Below, piece after piece: positions 17,233-26,487 of a stretch of 64,000 nt of DNA. Position 1 is the first letter of the stretch; each line of letters begins with the position of its first letter. Source of the stretch: Candidatus Cloacimonadales bacterium (GTDB lineage Bacteria > Cloacimonadota > Cloacimonadia > Cloacimonadales > JAFGVF01); NCBI GenBank assembly GCA_963663475.2, contig CAXXJV010000001.1:2510578-2574577 (forward strand). The letters run 5' to 3'. Made by a program: the position numbers and the translations under genes. The notes below the pieces were generated by a model, which ran no database searches, had not been told where the DNA came from, and saw only the letters and a list, made by a program, of their open reading frames with translations.

Positions 17233-18603
17233 ATGAAAACAATAGTTGTAGGAATCAATCATGCAGGAACATCTGCTATAAGAACACTTATGGCCCAAAA
17301 TAAAGATATGGAAATAATTGCTTATGATAGAAATGATAACATTTCATTTTTAGGTTGTGGTATAGCCCTAACAGTCAGTGGTGTTGTAAAAGACCCAAAT
17401 TCTCTCTTTTACTGCAATCCTGAAAAACTGATGGATAAAGGTGCTTCTATTAACATGAATCATGAAGTTATAGCCATAAATCCACAAGCTAAGAAAGTAC
17501 AAGTAAAGAATTTAGCGACTGGGCACATTTTTGAAGAAACTTATGATAATTTAATCTATGCAGCAGGTTCTTGGCCAATAGACATTCCTGGAATTCCTGA
17601 AGAAAATGCCAATTTAGAAAATATTGAAGTATGCAAATTATTCCAGCATGCTCAAGAATTAATTAGAAAGGCAGATGATCCTAATATCAAGCAGGTCACA
17701 ATTGTTGGTTCAGGCTATATAGGTGTTGAGTTAGCTGAAGCCTATCACATCAAGGGTAAGAAAGTTACTTTGATAGATTTCGAGGATAGAATTTTACCAA
17801 GTTATTTTGATGAAGAGTTTACTAGCCAGGTTGAAGCTGATCTTAGAAAAGATGGCTTAACTTTAGCCTTGGGAGAAAAAGTTGTAGATTTTGTTGGTGA
17901 AAATGGAAAGGTAAAAAAAGTAATAACTAATAAAGGTGAATATGAAGCTGATTTAGTAATTAAATGTATTGGTTTTAAACCTAACACTGACCTCCTTCCA
18001 AGTGCAGAAAAAACTTCTGGTGGAGCTTTAATAGTTGATAAGCATATGAGAACATCTCTTCCTAACATTTGGGCAATAGGCGATTCCGTAGCAATGTATC
18101 ATGCAGCTTATGAACGCAATATGCAAGTAGCTTTAGCAACAAATGCAGTAAAATCAGGTATAGTTGCAGCATCAAATATTAATGGTAATGAAGCTGTGAA
18201 AGTTGATTCTATTGTTGGGACCAATGCTATTCATGTTTTTGGCCACAAAATGGCATCAACAGGTATAAGCGAAGAAGCAGCTAAAAGACAGGGAATTCCT
18301 GTTGCTGTTAATTATGTTGAAGAGAATGATAGACCTGAATGGATGGAAGAATATACTACTACAAAATTCAAAATTGTGTATGAAAAAGATACACTGAGAC
18401 TCTTAGGTGCCCAAGTTGCTTCTTCACACGGTGAAAGTCATACTGAAACTATTTACTATTTAGCTTTAGCTATTCAAAAAAATTTAACTTTACTTGATTT
18501 AGCATTTACAGATGTCTATTTCTTACCACACTTTAACAAGCCATTTAACTTTGTCCTTGCAGCAGTTATGGAAGCTTTAGGTTTGGACTACTATAAAGAA
18601 TAA
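17233..18603 (+). CDS. nox: NADH oxidase (FAD-dependent pyridine nucleotide-disulfide oxidoreductase, Nox/Npx family)
   Basis: MKTIVVGINHAGTSAIRTL and redox Cys motif NISFLGCGIAL. A second GSGYIGVELAE dinucleotide fold. Confidence 0.85.
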   Translation: MKTIVVGINHAGTSAIRTLMAQNKDMEIIAYDRNDNISFLGCGIALTVSGVVKDPNSLFYCNPEKLMDKGASINMNHEVIAINPQAKKVQVKNLATGHIFEETYDNLIYAAGSWPIDIPGIPEENANLENIEVCKLFQHAQELIRKADDPNIKQVTIVGSGYIGVELAEAYHIKGKKVTLIDFEDRILPSYFDEEFTSQVEADLRKDGLTLALGEKVVDFVGENGKVKKVITNKGEYEADLVIKCIGFKPNTDLLPSAEKTSGGALIVDKHMRTSLPNIWAIGDSVAMYHAAYERNMQVALATNAVKSGIVAASNINGNEAVKVDSIVGTNAIHVFGHKMASTGISEEAAKRQGIPVAVNYVEENDRPEWMEEYTTTKFKIVYEKDTLRLLGAQVASSHGESHTETIYYLALAIQKNLTLLDLAFTDVYFLPHFNKPFNFVLAAVMEALGLDYYKE

Positions 18604-18639
18604 ACTTGATACCATATAATGTAACAGACCTTTATTGAA

Positions 18640-18667
18640 GAGGGGCGGATAAATAAAATCCGCCTCT
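18640..18667. terminator. Hairpin between convergent nox and VOC genes (possible bidirectional terminator)
   Basis: ggcggat-aaataaa-atccgcc with flanking G/C extension; no clear T tract. Confidence 0.4.
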
Positions 18668-18720
18668 ATAGGTTGATTAAGATTTTTACACCCACATGAG
18701 CTAGCATAATTTAAAACACC

Positions 18721-19089
18721 TTACTTCAACTTCTCTGTTAAGGCAATCCTGTTTCCTTCAGAATCCTTAAACTCAGCTACAAAACCATATTGGCCAACAG
18801 AAGTTTTTGGATAAAGTTCTTCCCCACCATTACTGACAACCTTTTCCATGAGAGAATCAATATCTTCTGTATTAAAATAAATAAAAATGCCTGTTAGACT
18901 TGGTTTATATACTTGTCCTTGAACTAAAGCTCCTGTAATACCGTCTTTATTTTTATCAAAGGGGAAGAAAGCCATATCTAGCTCATCAACTTTATCTCTT
19001 ATAAATTCATAATCAAAAACAATACTGTAGAAAGAAACTGCTCTTTCTAAATCTAAAACTGGTATTTCAAAATAGCCAACTGGGTTCAT
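18721..19089 (-). CDS. Glyoxalase/bleomycin-resistance (VOC) family protein
   Basis: 122 aa with the typical VOC pattern Y.EIPV.DLERA..FY..VF..... and G..GFVAEFKDSEGN.I. Confidence 0.7.
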   Translation of the reverse strand: MNPVGYFEIPVLDLERAVSFYSIVFDYEFIRDKVDELDMAFFPFDKNKDGITGALVQGQVYKPSLTGIFIYFNTEDIDSLMEKVVSNGGEELYPKTSVGQYGFVAEFKDSEGNRIALTEKLK

Positions 19090-19275
19090 ACTTCTTATCC
19101 TTCTTGAATTTTTCTAACAATAATACTAGCTACTTTATTTGTAAAGATTTATTTACTTTCTAGCTAAGACTTTTCTTATGAGACTGTTCAACCACCAATA
19201 ATAAAAACAGAAGGGTTGAAATTATTTATCACATTTCCTACTCTACCTTGGAGAGAGCCCTATTTAACCCAGATA

Positions 19276-19437
19276 GTGTAGTAGAGCTTTAGTAAAGAGT
19301 GCAGATTATTCTAGCAAAATAGCTTACAGAATTTTGACGCATATATTTTATATATTCGGAGAAATTATGGAAGTTACTTTTGCAGAAGAATATAGTGCTG
19401 TTCACAAAGGTCTACTGCATTATTGGGTTTAATTTCT
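19276..19437 (+). repeat. Repeat family Q, long copy (imperfect hairpin element with ~58-nt insertion)
   Basis: gtagtagagctttagtaaagagtgcagatt...gttcacaaaggtctactgcattattggg. The ends are homologous to 61994-62082 and mutually complementary. Confidence 0.65.
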
Positions 19438-19474
19438 CAAAAATTAATGAGAAAAAACTATATTCTCCTCTATT

Positions 19475-19553
19475 CATCCTTAATCCTTCCTTTACAGTCT
19501 TTCGATGAAACTGGGACTTTCATCGAAAGACTGTAAAGGAAGGATTAGGGATG
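19475..19553. repeat. Repeat family P: 36-bp stem / 7-nt loop palindromic element, copy 1
   Basis: catccttaatccttcctttacagtctttcgatgaaa-ctgggac-tttcatcgaaagactgtaaaggaaggattagggatg (one G-U pair in the stem). Confidence 0.9.
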
Positions 19554-19845
19554 ATAAGGGTATTAATAAGACCGATCTTCCTCAAACCTAGGTAAGGTAC
19601 ATCGGGTGAGAAAAAATAATAATTTCGTCCTTACAGGGTTAAGATAAAGCTTTGGCGAATATATACAGGGTCTAAAGAAGCCTGCCTATTAAATGACATC
19701 ACTTAGGGATATCAGAGGTCTTATTCTGCTTAAGCCAGGTAGAATTTAACCCTCTTATTGTCTTCTAATAAAGTTAATTCAAATTTTCCTTGCCAAATAT
19801 TCGTGATAATTTTATCTAAACACAAATTAATATTTGGAGAAATAA

Positions 19846-20559
19846 ATGATAGCCTTAGGTGTTAATATTGATCATATTGCTACAATCCGACAAGCCAGAA
19901 GAGGTATTGAACCAGACCCAGTTCATGGAGCTTATATTGCTGAACTTAATGGAGCAGACCAAATTACTGTTCATCTAAGAGAGGATAGACGTCATATCCA
20001 GTTTAGGGATGTACAAATATTACGGGAAAGTGTTCAAACTAAATTAAACTTAGAGATGGCACCTATAGCAGAAATGGTAACTATAGCAAAGCAAATTAAG
20101 CCAGACACAGTTACTTTAGTTCCTGAAAAGAGAGAGGAAATTACAACTGAGGGAGGCTTATTAATAACTAATGAAGTTAAAGAAGTTATTGGTCAGCTTA
20201 AAGAAGCTAACATTGAGGTCAGTCTTTTTATTGAAGCAGATCTTGATATGATTAAGTTAGCTGGAAAATATGGTGCTGATGCTGTTGAACTTCATACTGG
20301 TAAATATGCTGAGAAATTCCAAGAAGACAATTATGAAGAAGAGCTTAAAAGGCTACTAAAAGGTGCGAAAGCTATTAAATCAGCTGGTATGAGAGTAGTT
20401 GCAGGTCATGGATTAAACTATAAAAACATTTATCCCTTATTAGAATTAGACATTTTTACTGAATATAATATTGGTCATTCAATTATTTCTAGATCTGTAT
20501 TTACAGGTTTAGCTGAAGCAGTTAATCAAATGAAAAGAATAATAAATAATAAATATTAA
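19846..20559 (+). CDS. pdxJ: Pyridoxine 5'-phosphate synthase
   Basis: LGVNIDHIATIRQARRG.EPDPV and ITVHLREDRRHI motifs. Confidence 0.9.
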   Translation: MIALGVNIDHIATIRQARRGIEPDPVHGAYIAELNGADQITVHLREDRRHIQFRDVQILRESVQTKLNLEMAPIAEMVTIAKQIKPDTVTLVPEKREEITTEGGLLITNEVKEVIGQLKEANIEVSLFIEADLDMIKLAGKYGADAVELHTGKYAEKFQEDNYEEELKRLLKGAKAIKSAGMRVVAGHGLNYKNIYPLLELDIFTEYNIGHSIISRSVFTGLAEAVNQMKRIINNKY

Positions 20560-20577
20560 AAGAATGGAGGAAGTAAA

Positions 20578-21765
20578 ATGTTCAAACAGATGAAAACAGA
20601 TTTACAGAATTTATTTGTTGAGTTGAAAGAACAAGGTTTATACAAAGAAGAGAGAATCATAGCATCTCCTCAAGGTGGATCTATCAAATTAGCAGATGGC
20701 CAAGAAGTTTTGAACTTTTGTGCTAACAATTATTTAGGTTTAGCTAATCATCCTGAAGTAGTTACTGCATCACAAGAAATCATGAACCAAAGAGGCTATG
20801 GCTTATCTTCAGTCAGATTTATCTGTGGTACTCAAGATATCCATAAGCAACTAGAAGCTAAAGTTTCTGAATTTTTAGGAACTGAAGATACTATTCTATA
20901 TGTTGCAGCTTTTGATGCTAATGGTGGTATTTTTGAACCCCTTCTTGATGAGTCATGTGCAATCATCTCAGATGAACTAAACCACGCCTCAATTATTGAT
21001 GGAGTTAGACTTTGTAAAGCTAAAAGATATAGATATAAACATTCTAATATGGAAGAGTTAGAAGCAAGATTGATTGAAGCCCAAGATGCTAAATATAGAT
21101 TAATCTGTACTGACGGTGTCTTCTCAATGGATGGTGATATTGCTAAATTAAAAGAGATCTGTGACTTAGCAGATAAATATGATTCTTTAGTAATGGTTGA
21201 TGACTCACATGCTACAGGTTATATTGGTAAAGGTGGCAGAGGAACTCACTATGCTTGTGGTGTAGAAGGTAGAGTTGATATCATTACAACAACTTTTGGT
21301 AAAGCCTTAGGCGGTGCTAATGGTGGTTGTACTTCAGGTAGAAAAGAAATTATTGATTTGTTAAGACAAAGATCACGTCCTTATCTTTTCTCAAACACTG
21401 TAAGTCCATCAGTTGTTGGTGGAACCCTTAAAGTTCTTGAACTACTTGAAAAAGACCCTTCTATTATTCAAAAAACATGGGATAATGCGAATTATTTCAG
21501 GAACAAAATGATTGAAGCTGGTTTTGATATTGTTAAAGGTGATACTGCTATTGTTCCTGTCATGCTTTATGATGCACCTAAAGCAGTAGAAATGGCTAAC
21601 AGACTTTTAGCTAAAGGTATCTATGTAATTGGATTTGTTTATCCTGTAGTTCCTAAAGGCAAAGCAAGAATTAGAGTACAATTATCTGCAGCTCATACTC
21701 AAGAAATGCTAGATAAAGCTATCAATGCCTTTATCGAAATTGGCAAAGAAATGGAAATTATTTAA
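20578..21765 (+). CDS. kbl: 2-amino-3-ketobutyrate CoA ligase (glycine C-acetyltransferase)
   Basis: [31 protein letters not shown] and TFGKALGG (PLP Lys) motifs; 395 aa. Confidence 0.85.
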   Translation: MFKQMKTDLQNLFVELKEQGLYKEERIIASPQGGSIKLADGQEVLNFCANNYLGLANHPEVVTASQEIMNQRGYGLSSVRFICGTQDIHKQLEAKVSEFLGTEDTILYVAAFDANGGIFEPLLDESCAIISDELNHASIIDGVRLCKAKRYRYKHSNMEELEARLIEAQDAKYRLICTDGVFSMDGDIAKLKEICDLADKYDSLVMVDDSHATGYIGKGGRGTHYACGVEGRVDIITTTFGKALGGANGGCTSGRKEIIDLLRQRSRPYLFSNTVSPSVVGGTLKVLELLEKDPSIIQKTWDNANYFRNKMIEAGFDIVKGDTAIVPVMLYDAPKAVEMANRLLAKGIYVIGFVYPVVPKGKARIRVQLSAAHTQEMLDKAINAFIEIGKEMEII

Positions 21766-21778
21766 AATATAGATTATC

Positions 21779-21815
21779 TACGCTGAGATTCTAGTGAATT
21801 TCAGCGTATTTTCTT
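21779..21815 (+). terminator. Rho-independent terminator after kbl
   Basis: tacgctga-(14 nt)-tcagcgta followed by ttttctt. Confidence 0.65.
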
Positions 21816-21824
21816 AGGGAGATT

Positions 21825-22646
21825 ATGTTATATATTGTACCAACACCTATTGGCAACCTAGAAGATATCACACTTAGAGCAATTCGAATATTAAAAGAAG
21901 TTGACCTCATAGCCTGTGAAGATACTCGTACTTCTAAAAAACTATTACAACATTTTGAGATAAAAACACCAACTATCAGCTACCATAAGTTTAACGAAAA
22001 ACAAAGATCACAAGAATTGATTTCTAAACTTATCCAAGGTAAAAATATAGCAATTATTTCTGATGCTGGTAGCCCTGGTATCTCAGACCCTTCTTCCTAT
22101 ATCATTAAAGATGCAATAGAAAATAATGTTGATATCGATGTCTTACCTGGACCTACTGCAGCTATTCCTGCCCTTGTTATCTCTGGACTAAGCACTGATT
22201 CTTTTGCTTTCTATGGCTTTTTACCAGATAAACAAAAAGATAAAACTATCCTGTTCTCTAAGATAAGAGAGATCTCTAGCAGTCTATTATTCTATGTCTC
22301 GCCCCATAGTTTAGAAAGATCTTTACACGACTTTCATGATAATTTAGGTGATAGAAATATTGCAATTGTTAGAGAAATTAGTAAATTATATCAGACTGTT
22401 TACAGGGGTAAGCTTAGTTATTTTATTAATAACTTCTCTGAAATCACTCTTAAGGGTGAATTTGTTCTGGTGATTGAGGGATATAAAGAAAGGGACATGT
22501 CAGATACTGAAATACTAGTTGAAGCAAAAAAACTTCTTGCAGAAGGTTATTCTTTAAGTAAAATAGCCAAAGAAATAAGTAAAGAATGGGCTGTAAAAAA
22601 GAATCAAGTTTATCAACTTCTTTTAGATAATAATTTTGATAAATAA
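21825..22646 (+). CDS. rsmI: 16S rRNA (cytidine1402-2'-O)-methyltransferase
   Basis: LYIVPTPIGNLEDITLRAIRILKEVDLIACEDTRTSKKLL. Confidence 0.85.
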   Translation: MLYIVPTPIGNLEDITLRAIRILKEVDLIACEDTRTSKKLLQHFEIKTPTISYHKFNEKQRSQELISKLIQGKNIAIISDAGSPGISDPSSYIIKDAIENNVDIDVLPGPTAAIPALVISGLSTDSFAFYGFLPDKQKDKTILFSKIREISSSLLFYVSPHSLERSLHDFHDNLGDRNIAIVREISKLYQTVYRGKLSYFINNFSEITLKGEFVLVIEGYKERDMSDTEILVEAKKLLAEGYSLSKIAKEISKEWAVKKNQVYQLLLDNNFDK

Positions 22647-22743
22647 AGACCACTTAAAGTAAATAATTTCATTCCTGAGGAGTCATACCTTCAGTGATAA
22701 AATTCACGTAAGAGTATGCTCCAGAGGATTTGCTTATTGTCTT

Positions 22744-23943
22744 TTATTGTAATTTTTTAATCTCGCCAGCCTTTTTAAGTCCATATTTAGCAGAAGCTGG
22801 ACCAGCTAACATGATTAAAAATGTTGTGCCAACCATAATACTAACAAGCTGTTGTGCCTCAGCTTTATAGTTAGCATTTATTAGATAATGGGCTGTAGCC
22901 AAGGTAAGTCCAATGGCCACACCTGCTTGTGATAAAAGAGTGAAACCTAAATACTTAGTAGTTAACTTTGGTGCTTTGGAGATTTTGCAACCTAAGAAAG
23001 CTCCGCTCCACTTACCAAATGTTCTGGTAAGAATATAAATTACAATCATAACCCAATTGGCATATATCATATGAAAGTCAAGTTTTGTACCAATTAGAAC
23101 AAAGAATATAACGTAGATGGGAGGTGACCAGATACTAAGAGAAGTGTTTAACTTTCTTGAGAGTAAACTGCTTCTATTAACAAGAACTATACCCACACAC
23201 ATATTTAAAAGGATTGGAGATATTTCTAAACCAATTGCTATTGAACAATTTAAAAAAAGCATTCCTAAAGCAAAAAGCAACATAATAATGTTATCATGAA
23301 TTTTCTTAACTATCCAGACAATGAAGAAGCCAGATGCAATACCAATTGAGATAGCTAAAATAAGTTCAATTCCAGCTTTTAAGAGAGCTTGAGAAACTGT
23401 TATTTCATGAGAACCAAGCAGAATAATTGCAATTGGAATGGCTACAGAATAGATCAATAGGGCATAAATATCATCTAATCCCATAACAGCATAAAGAGTT
23501 TTTGTTAAATTTCCTGAAGCTTTATATTGATTAATCACATCAGTTGTACCTGCAGGTGCAGTTGCACTTGCTAAAGCTCCATAAATGATTCCCAGGGATA
23601 TATTTTGAGTTACTAGATAAACTATTGCACCTACAACTAAAAATGTCATAGTAGCCTCAAATATCACAATAATTATTATCCCAGAGCCAAGTTTTTTAAG
23701 ATCTTTTAGTTTTAGCTCAGTTCCAATTCCTAAACCTAAAAGAGAAAGAGTTATTGAATTTATTAAATCAAATGTGTCATATTCAACATCAATTCCAAAA
23801 AGATAAATAGCTTGTCCTATTACTGCACCAGCAAGGATATATCCTAAAACCATGGGTGCATGGAATAAAGATACTCCTTTAGCCATAAGAATGGACATTA
23901 ATATTGAAACACCTAAAAAACCTAAAAATAAATACTGTTCCAT
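22744..23943 (-). CDS. Cation:proton antiporter (CPA2-like), paralog 1
   Basis: 399 aa, polytopic. Clearly paralogous by eye to 24300-25535 (shared ASATAPAGT.DVI.QY.ASGNL..TLYAV.GLDD, GFTLLSQAGVAIGL). Confidence 0.7.
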   Translation of the reverse strand: MEQYLFLGFLGVSILMSILMAKGVSLFHAPMVLGYILAGAVIGQAIYLFGIDVEYDTFDLINSITLSLLGLGIGTELKLKDLKKLGSGIIIIVIFEATMTFLVVGAIVYLVTQNISLGIIYGALASATAPAGTTDVINQYKASGNLTKTLYAVMGLDDIYALLIYSVAIPIAIILLGSHEITVSQALLKAGIELILAISIGIASGFFIVWIVKKIHDNIIMLLFALGMLFLNCSIAIGLEISPILLNMCVGIVLVNRSSLLSRKLNTSLSIWSPPIYVIFFVLIGTKLDFHMIYANWVMIVIYILTRTFGKWSGAFLGCKISKAPKLTTKYLGFTLLSQAGVAIGLTLATAHYLINANYKAEAQQLVSIMVGTTFLIMLAGPASAKYGLKKAGEIKKLQ

Positions 23944-23949
23944 AGTTTT

Positions 23950-24267
23950 TTACCCGTAAATCTTATGAGAGTTGATTAAAATAATCTTACCTAACTCTTC
24001 TCCAATAATGTCAATACCTGCATGTTTTAATTCTTCAATAATAAACTCTACCTGTTCTTCATCTGCAAAACCCATAATTACTTTACCGTAGTCTCTTTGT
24101 GTTCCATAAGTATCTCTAAAAGATGCAAAAAGAGGATTATCAAATATTAATTTATGTCCAGTAGCTTCACCAGAAAGAACTATGGTGTCTTCCACTCCTG
24201 CTTCAGCAATTGCCATCAAAACATCAGATATATACTTTTCATAGAAAAGTTGAAATATCATGTACAT
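23950..24267 (-). CDS. Small PII-like fold protein between the two antiporter genes
   Basis: Pattern beta-alpha-beta MIFQLF..ISDVLMAIAEAGVEDTIVLSGEATG and C-terminal GEELGKIILI, reminiscent of the PII GDGKIFV motif. By-eye similarity only. Confidence 0.45.
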   Translation of the reverse strand: MYMIFQLFYEKYISDVLMAIAEAGVEDTIVLSGEATGHKLIFDNPLFASFRDTYGTQRDYGKVIMGFADEEQVEFIIEELKHAGIDIIGEELGKIILINSHKIYG

Positions 24268-24299
24268 ATCTACTCCTATATAGTCATTGTTATTTGTTG

Positions 24300-25535
24300 T
24301 TAATGTTGTTTAGCTTCACCTGATTTTATCAGTCCATACTTCACAAAGTTTGGAGCTATAAGCATAATTAAGAAAGTTGTAATTGTCATAACAGAAGTAA
24401 TTAACTTTGCTTCTTGTTCATATCCCGCAGACATCAAATACTTACTAGCAGCAATTGATAAACCAATAGCAACACCAGCTTGTGAAAGTAGAGTAAAGCC
24501 TAAGTATTTTCTTATTTTCAGAGGAGCCTTAGCTACTACAGCACCTAAATAAGCTCCATTATATTTTCCAAACATGGTTGAAGCAATATAGATTACTATT
24601 AATAACCAGAATTTTTGGATAAGCATGATGTCAAGTCTGGTTCCTATTAAAACAAAGAACCAAACATATATTGGAGGAGACCATTCTGTGAGTGCCATGT
24701 TTAGCTTTCTAGCGATTAATTTACTTCTATTTACAACTACAATACCAGCAAACATATTTATCAAAATTGGTGATAAATTCATTTGTTCCGCAATAGCACA
24801 CATTAATAAAATACTACCTAAGGCTAGATAAGTTAACATAAATTTCTCATGTACTTTTTTACCAAAATAGGCAAGTCCATAACCTATTGCTGAGCCAATA
24901 CCTATAGAAAGAATAACTTCTATTACTGAATGAATCAAGGCTTGTCCAATACTAAGTTCATTTGAGCCAAGTAGCATAATCGCGATTGGTAGGGTAATTG
25001 TAAAAATTAAAAGGGCAAATATATCATCTAACCCAAGTACTGCATATAAGGTGGTAACTAGGTTCCCAGAGGCTCGATATTGTTTAATGACATCTACTGT
25101 ACCAGCTGGAGCAGTAGCAGAAGCAAAAGAACCAAATAAGAGACCTAAAGGAATAGAAATCTTCCACCCCATACTGAAATGCAGTAAGAATGAAATAACT
25201 AAACTTACTACTATAAAGGTAAGAGTAGCTTCGAAGAGAGTTATCCAGAAGACTGTTTTGCCTACTTTCTTTAGTTCCTTATACTCAAGTTCAGTACCAA
25301 TACCAAATCCAATTAAAGAGAGGGTGATAATATTTACTATCTCATAATCATCAACTCGGAATTGCCAAGGATTGCTAACTGGGATAGATAAATCTAATAC
25401 TATTCCGACAATAGCCCCAGTAATGATATAGCCTAAAAGTAAGGGAGCTTTGAGTAATGATACTCCCCGGCTAGTTAGTATTGAAAGTAGTAATGATACT
25501 GCTAGAAAGAAAAAGATTAATGCAATTTCAGACAT
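24300..25535 (-). CDS. Cation:proton antiporter (CPA2-like), paralog 2
   Basis: 411 aa, polytopic; see paralog 1. Confidence 0.7.
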   Translation of the reverse strand: MSEIALIFFFLAVSLLLSILTSRGVSLLKAPLLLGYIITGAIVGIVLDLSIPVSNPWQFRVDDYEIVNIITLSLIGFGIGTELEYKELKKVGKTVFWITLFEATLTFIVVSLVISFLLHFSMGWKISIPLGLLFGSFASATAPAGTVDVIKQYRASGNLVTTLYAVLGLDDIFALLIFTITLPIAIMLLGSNELSIGQALIHSVIEVILSIGIGSAIGYGLAYFGKKVHEKFMLTYLALGSILLMCAIAEQMNLSPILINMFAGIVVVNRSKLIARKLNMALTEWSPPIYVWFFVLIGTRLDIMLIQKFWLLIVIYIASTMFGKYNGAYLGAVVAKAPLKIRKYLGFTLLSQAGVAIGLSIAASKYLMSAGYEQEAKLITSVMTITTFLIMLIAPNFVKYGLIKSGEAKQH

Positions 25536-25543
25536 GATATCAG

Positions 25544-26011
25544 CTATTTAGTAGAAGTAATAATGGAATAAATTTCGTATTTATCCTTAGCTTTTAAAAG
25601 CTCTTTTTGAACATGATTATCTTTTAATCTAAGAACTAATCTTGATAAAAGTCTGATATATTCCTTATCTTGCTTATCTGATGCACCAATCATAAAAATT
25701 AGTTTTACAGGTTTATCATCTAGAGATTCGTATTCGATACCATTTTTCAATCTACCAATTGCAATAACAAAATCATCGCATTCAGGTATTTTAGCATGAG
25801 GAATGGCAATACCAAGTCCAATACCAGTACTCATTAAGGATTCTCTTTTGAAAATTGCTTTCTTAAATGCAGTTATGTTAGTAATGTTTTGTGAGCTTGA
25901 AATCAAATCAATCATCTCATTCAAGGCATCAGTTTTGTTGTCAGCCTGCAAGTCTTTAATTCTTGTTTCATCAATAAAATCACTTATTTGTAGTATTCTC
26001 ATATCAACCAC
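25544..26011 (-). CDS. PTS EIIA type-2 (PtsN/EIIA-Ntr-like) regulatory protein
   Basis: MSTGIGLGIAIPHAK with the phosphorylatable His; 155 aa. Confidence 0.75.
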   Translation of the reverse strand: MVDMRILQISDFIDETRIKDLQADNKTDALNEMIDLISSSQNITNITAFKKAIFKRESLMSTGIGLGIAIPHAKIPECDDFVIAIGRLKNGIEYESLDDKPVKLIFMIGASDKQDKEYIRLLSRLVLRLKDNHVQKELLKAKDKYEIYSIITSTK

Positions 26012-26030
26012 CTTTTAAAAAACTTGTGGC

Positions 26031-26059
26031 TATATAATTATTCTTGATAATTTTGTCAA
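26031..26059 (-). promoter_or_regulatory. Candidate sigma70 promoter of the EIIA-antiporter operon
   Basis: Minus strand: TTGACA(26059-26054)-N17-TATATA(26036-26031). Confidence 0.5.
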
Positions 26060-26122
26060 TAACTAAGATTTTTTTATTAATTTTCAGGAAATAATTAAGT
26101 TTGATTTCCTGATTATTCTCCC

Positions 26123-26476
26123 TTAAACATAATCGTAGAACAGGCTTTTGATAGCCCTGTATAATTTATTAATATCAAAATCATACATCATCAGGAGAAT
26201 TGTGAAAATTACTAAAGCAACAAAAAGAATAACCCAGAGAAAATTAGCATAAAGCATATGAATGCTAGCCCAAAAATGAACTTTAGGTACAGAGACAGAA
26301 TTACTATTATTCTTATCTATCTTATCGTAAATTACCTGAGATTCCGTTCCCCACATAATCTCATTTTCAGGATCTTCATCATCGATATAAGGTATATACC
26401 CCATCTTGTTATACCTATCCAGTAAATTCTTAGGTATTGTTGCAATTTCATTATCAGTAAGCATTCTTTTAGCCAT
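26123..26476 (-). CDS. 117-aa membrane protein co-transcribed with the second XRE/S24 repressor
   Basis: 11-nt gap with GGAG RBS after the repressor stop. One C-terminal TM segment, FLWVILFVALVIFTILLMM. Confidence 0.5.
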   Translation of the reverse strand: MAKRMLTDNEIATIPKNLLDRYNKMGYIPYIDDEDPENEIMWGTESQVIYDKIDKNNSNSVSVPKVHFWASIHMLYANFLWVILFVALVIFTILLMMYDFDINKLYRAIKSLFYDYV

Positions 26477-26487
26477 ATAAGCTCCTT

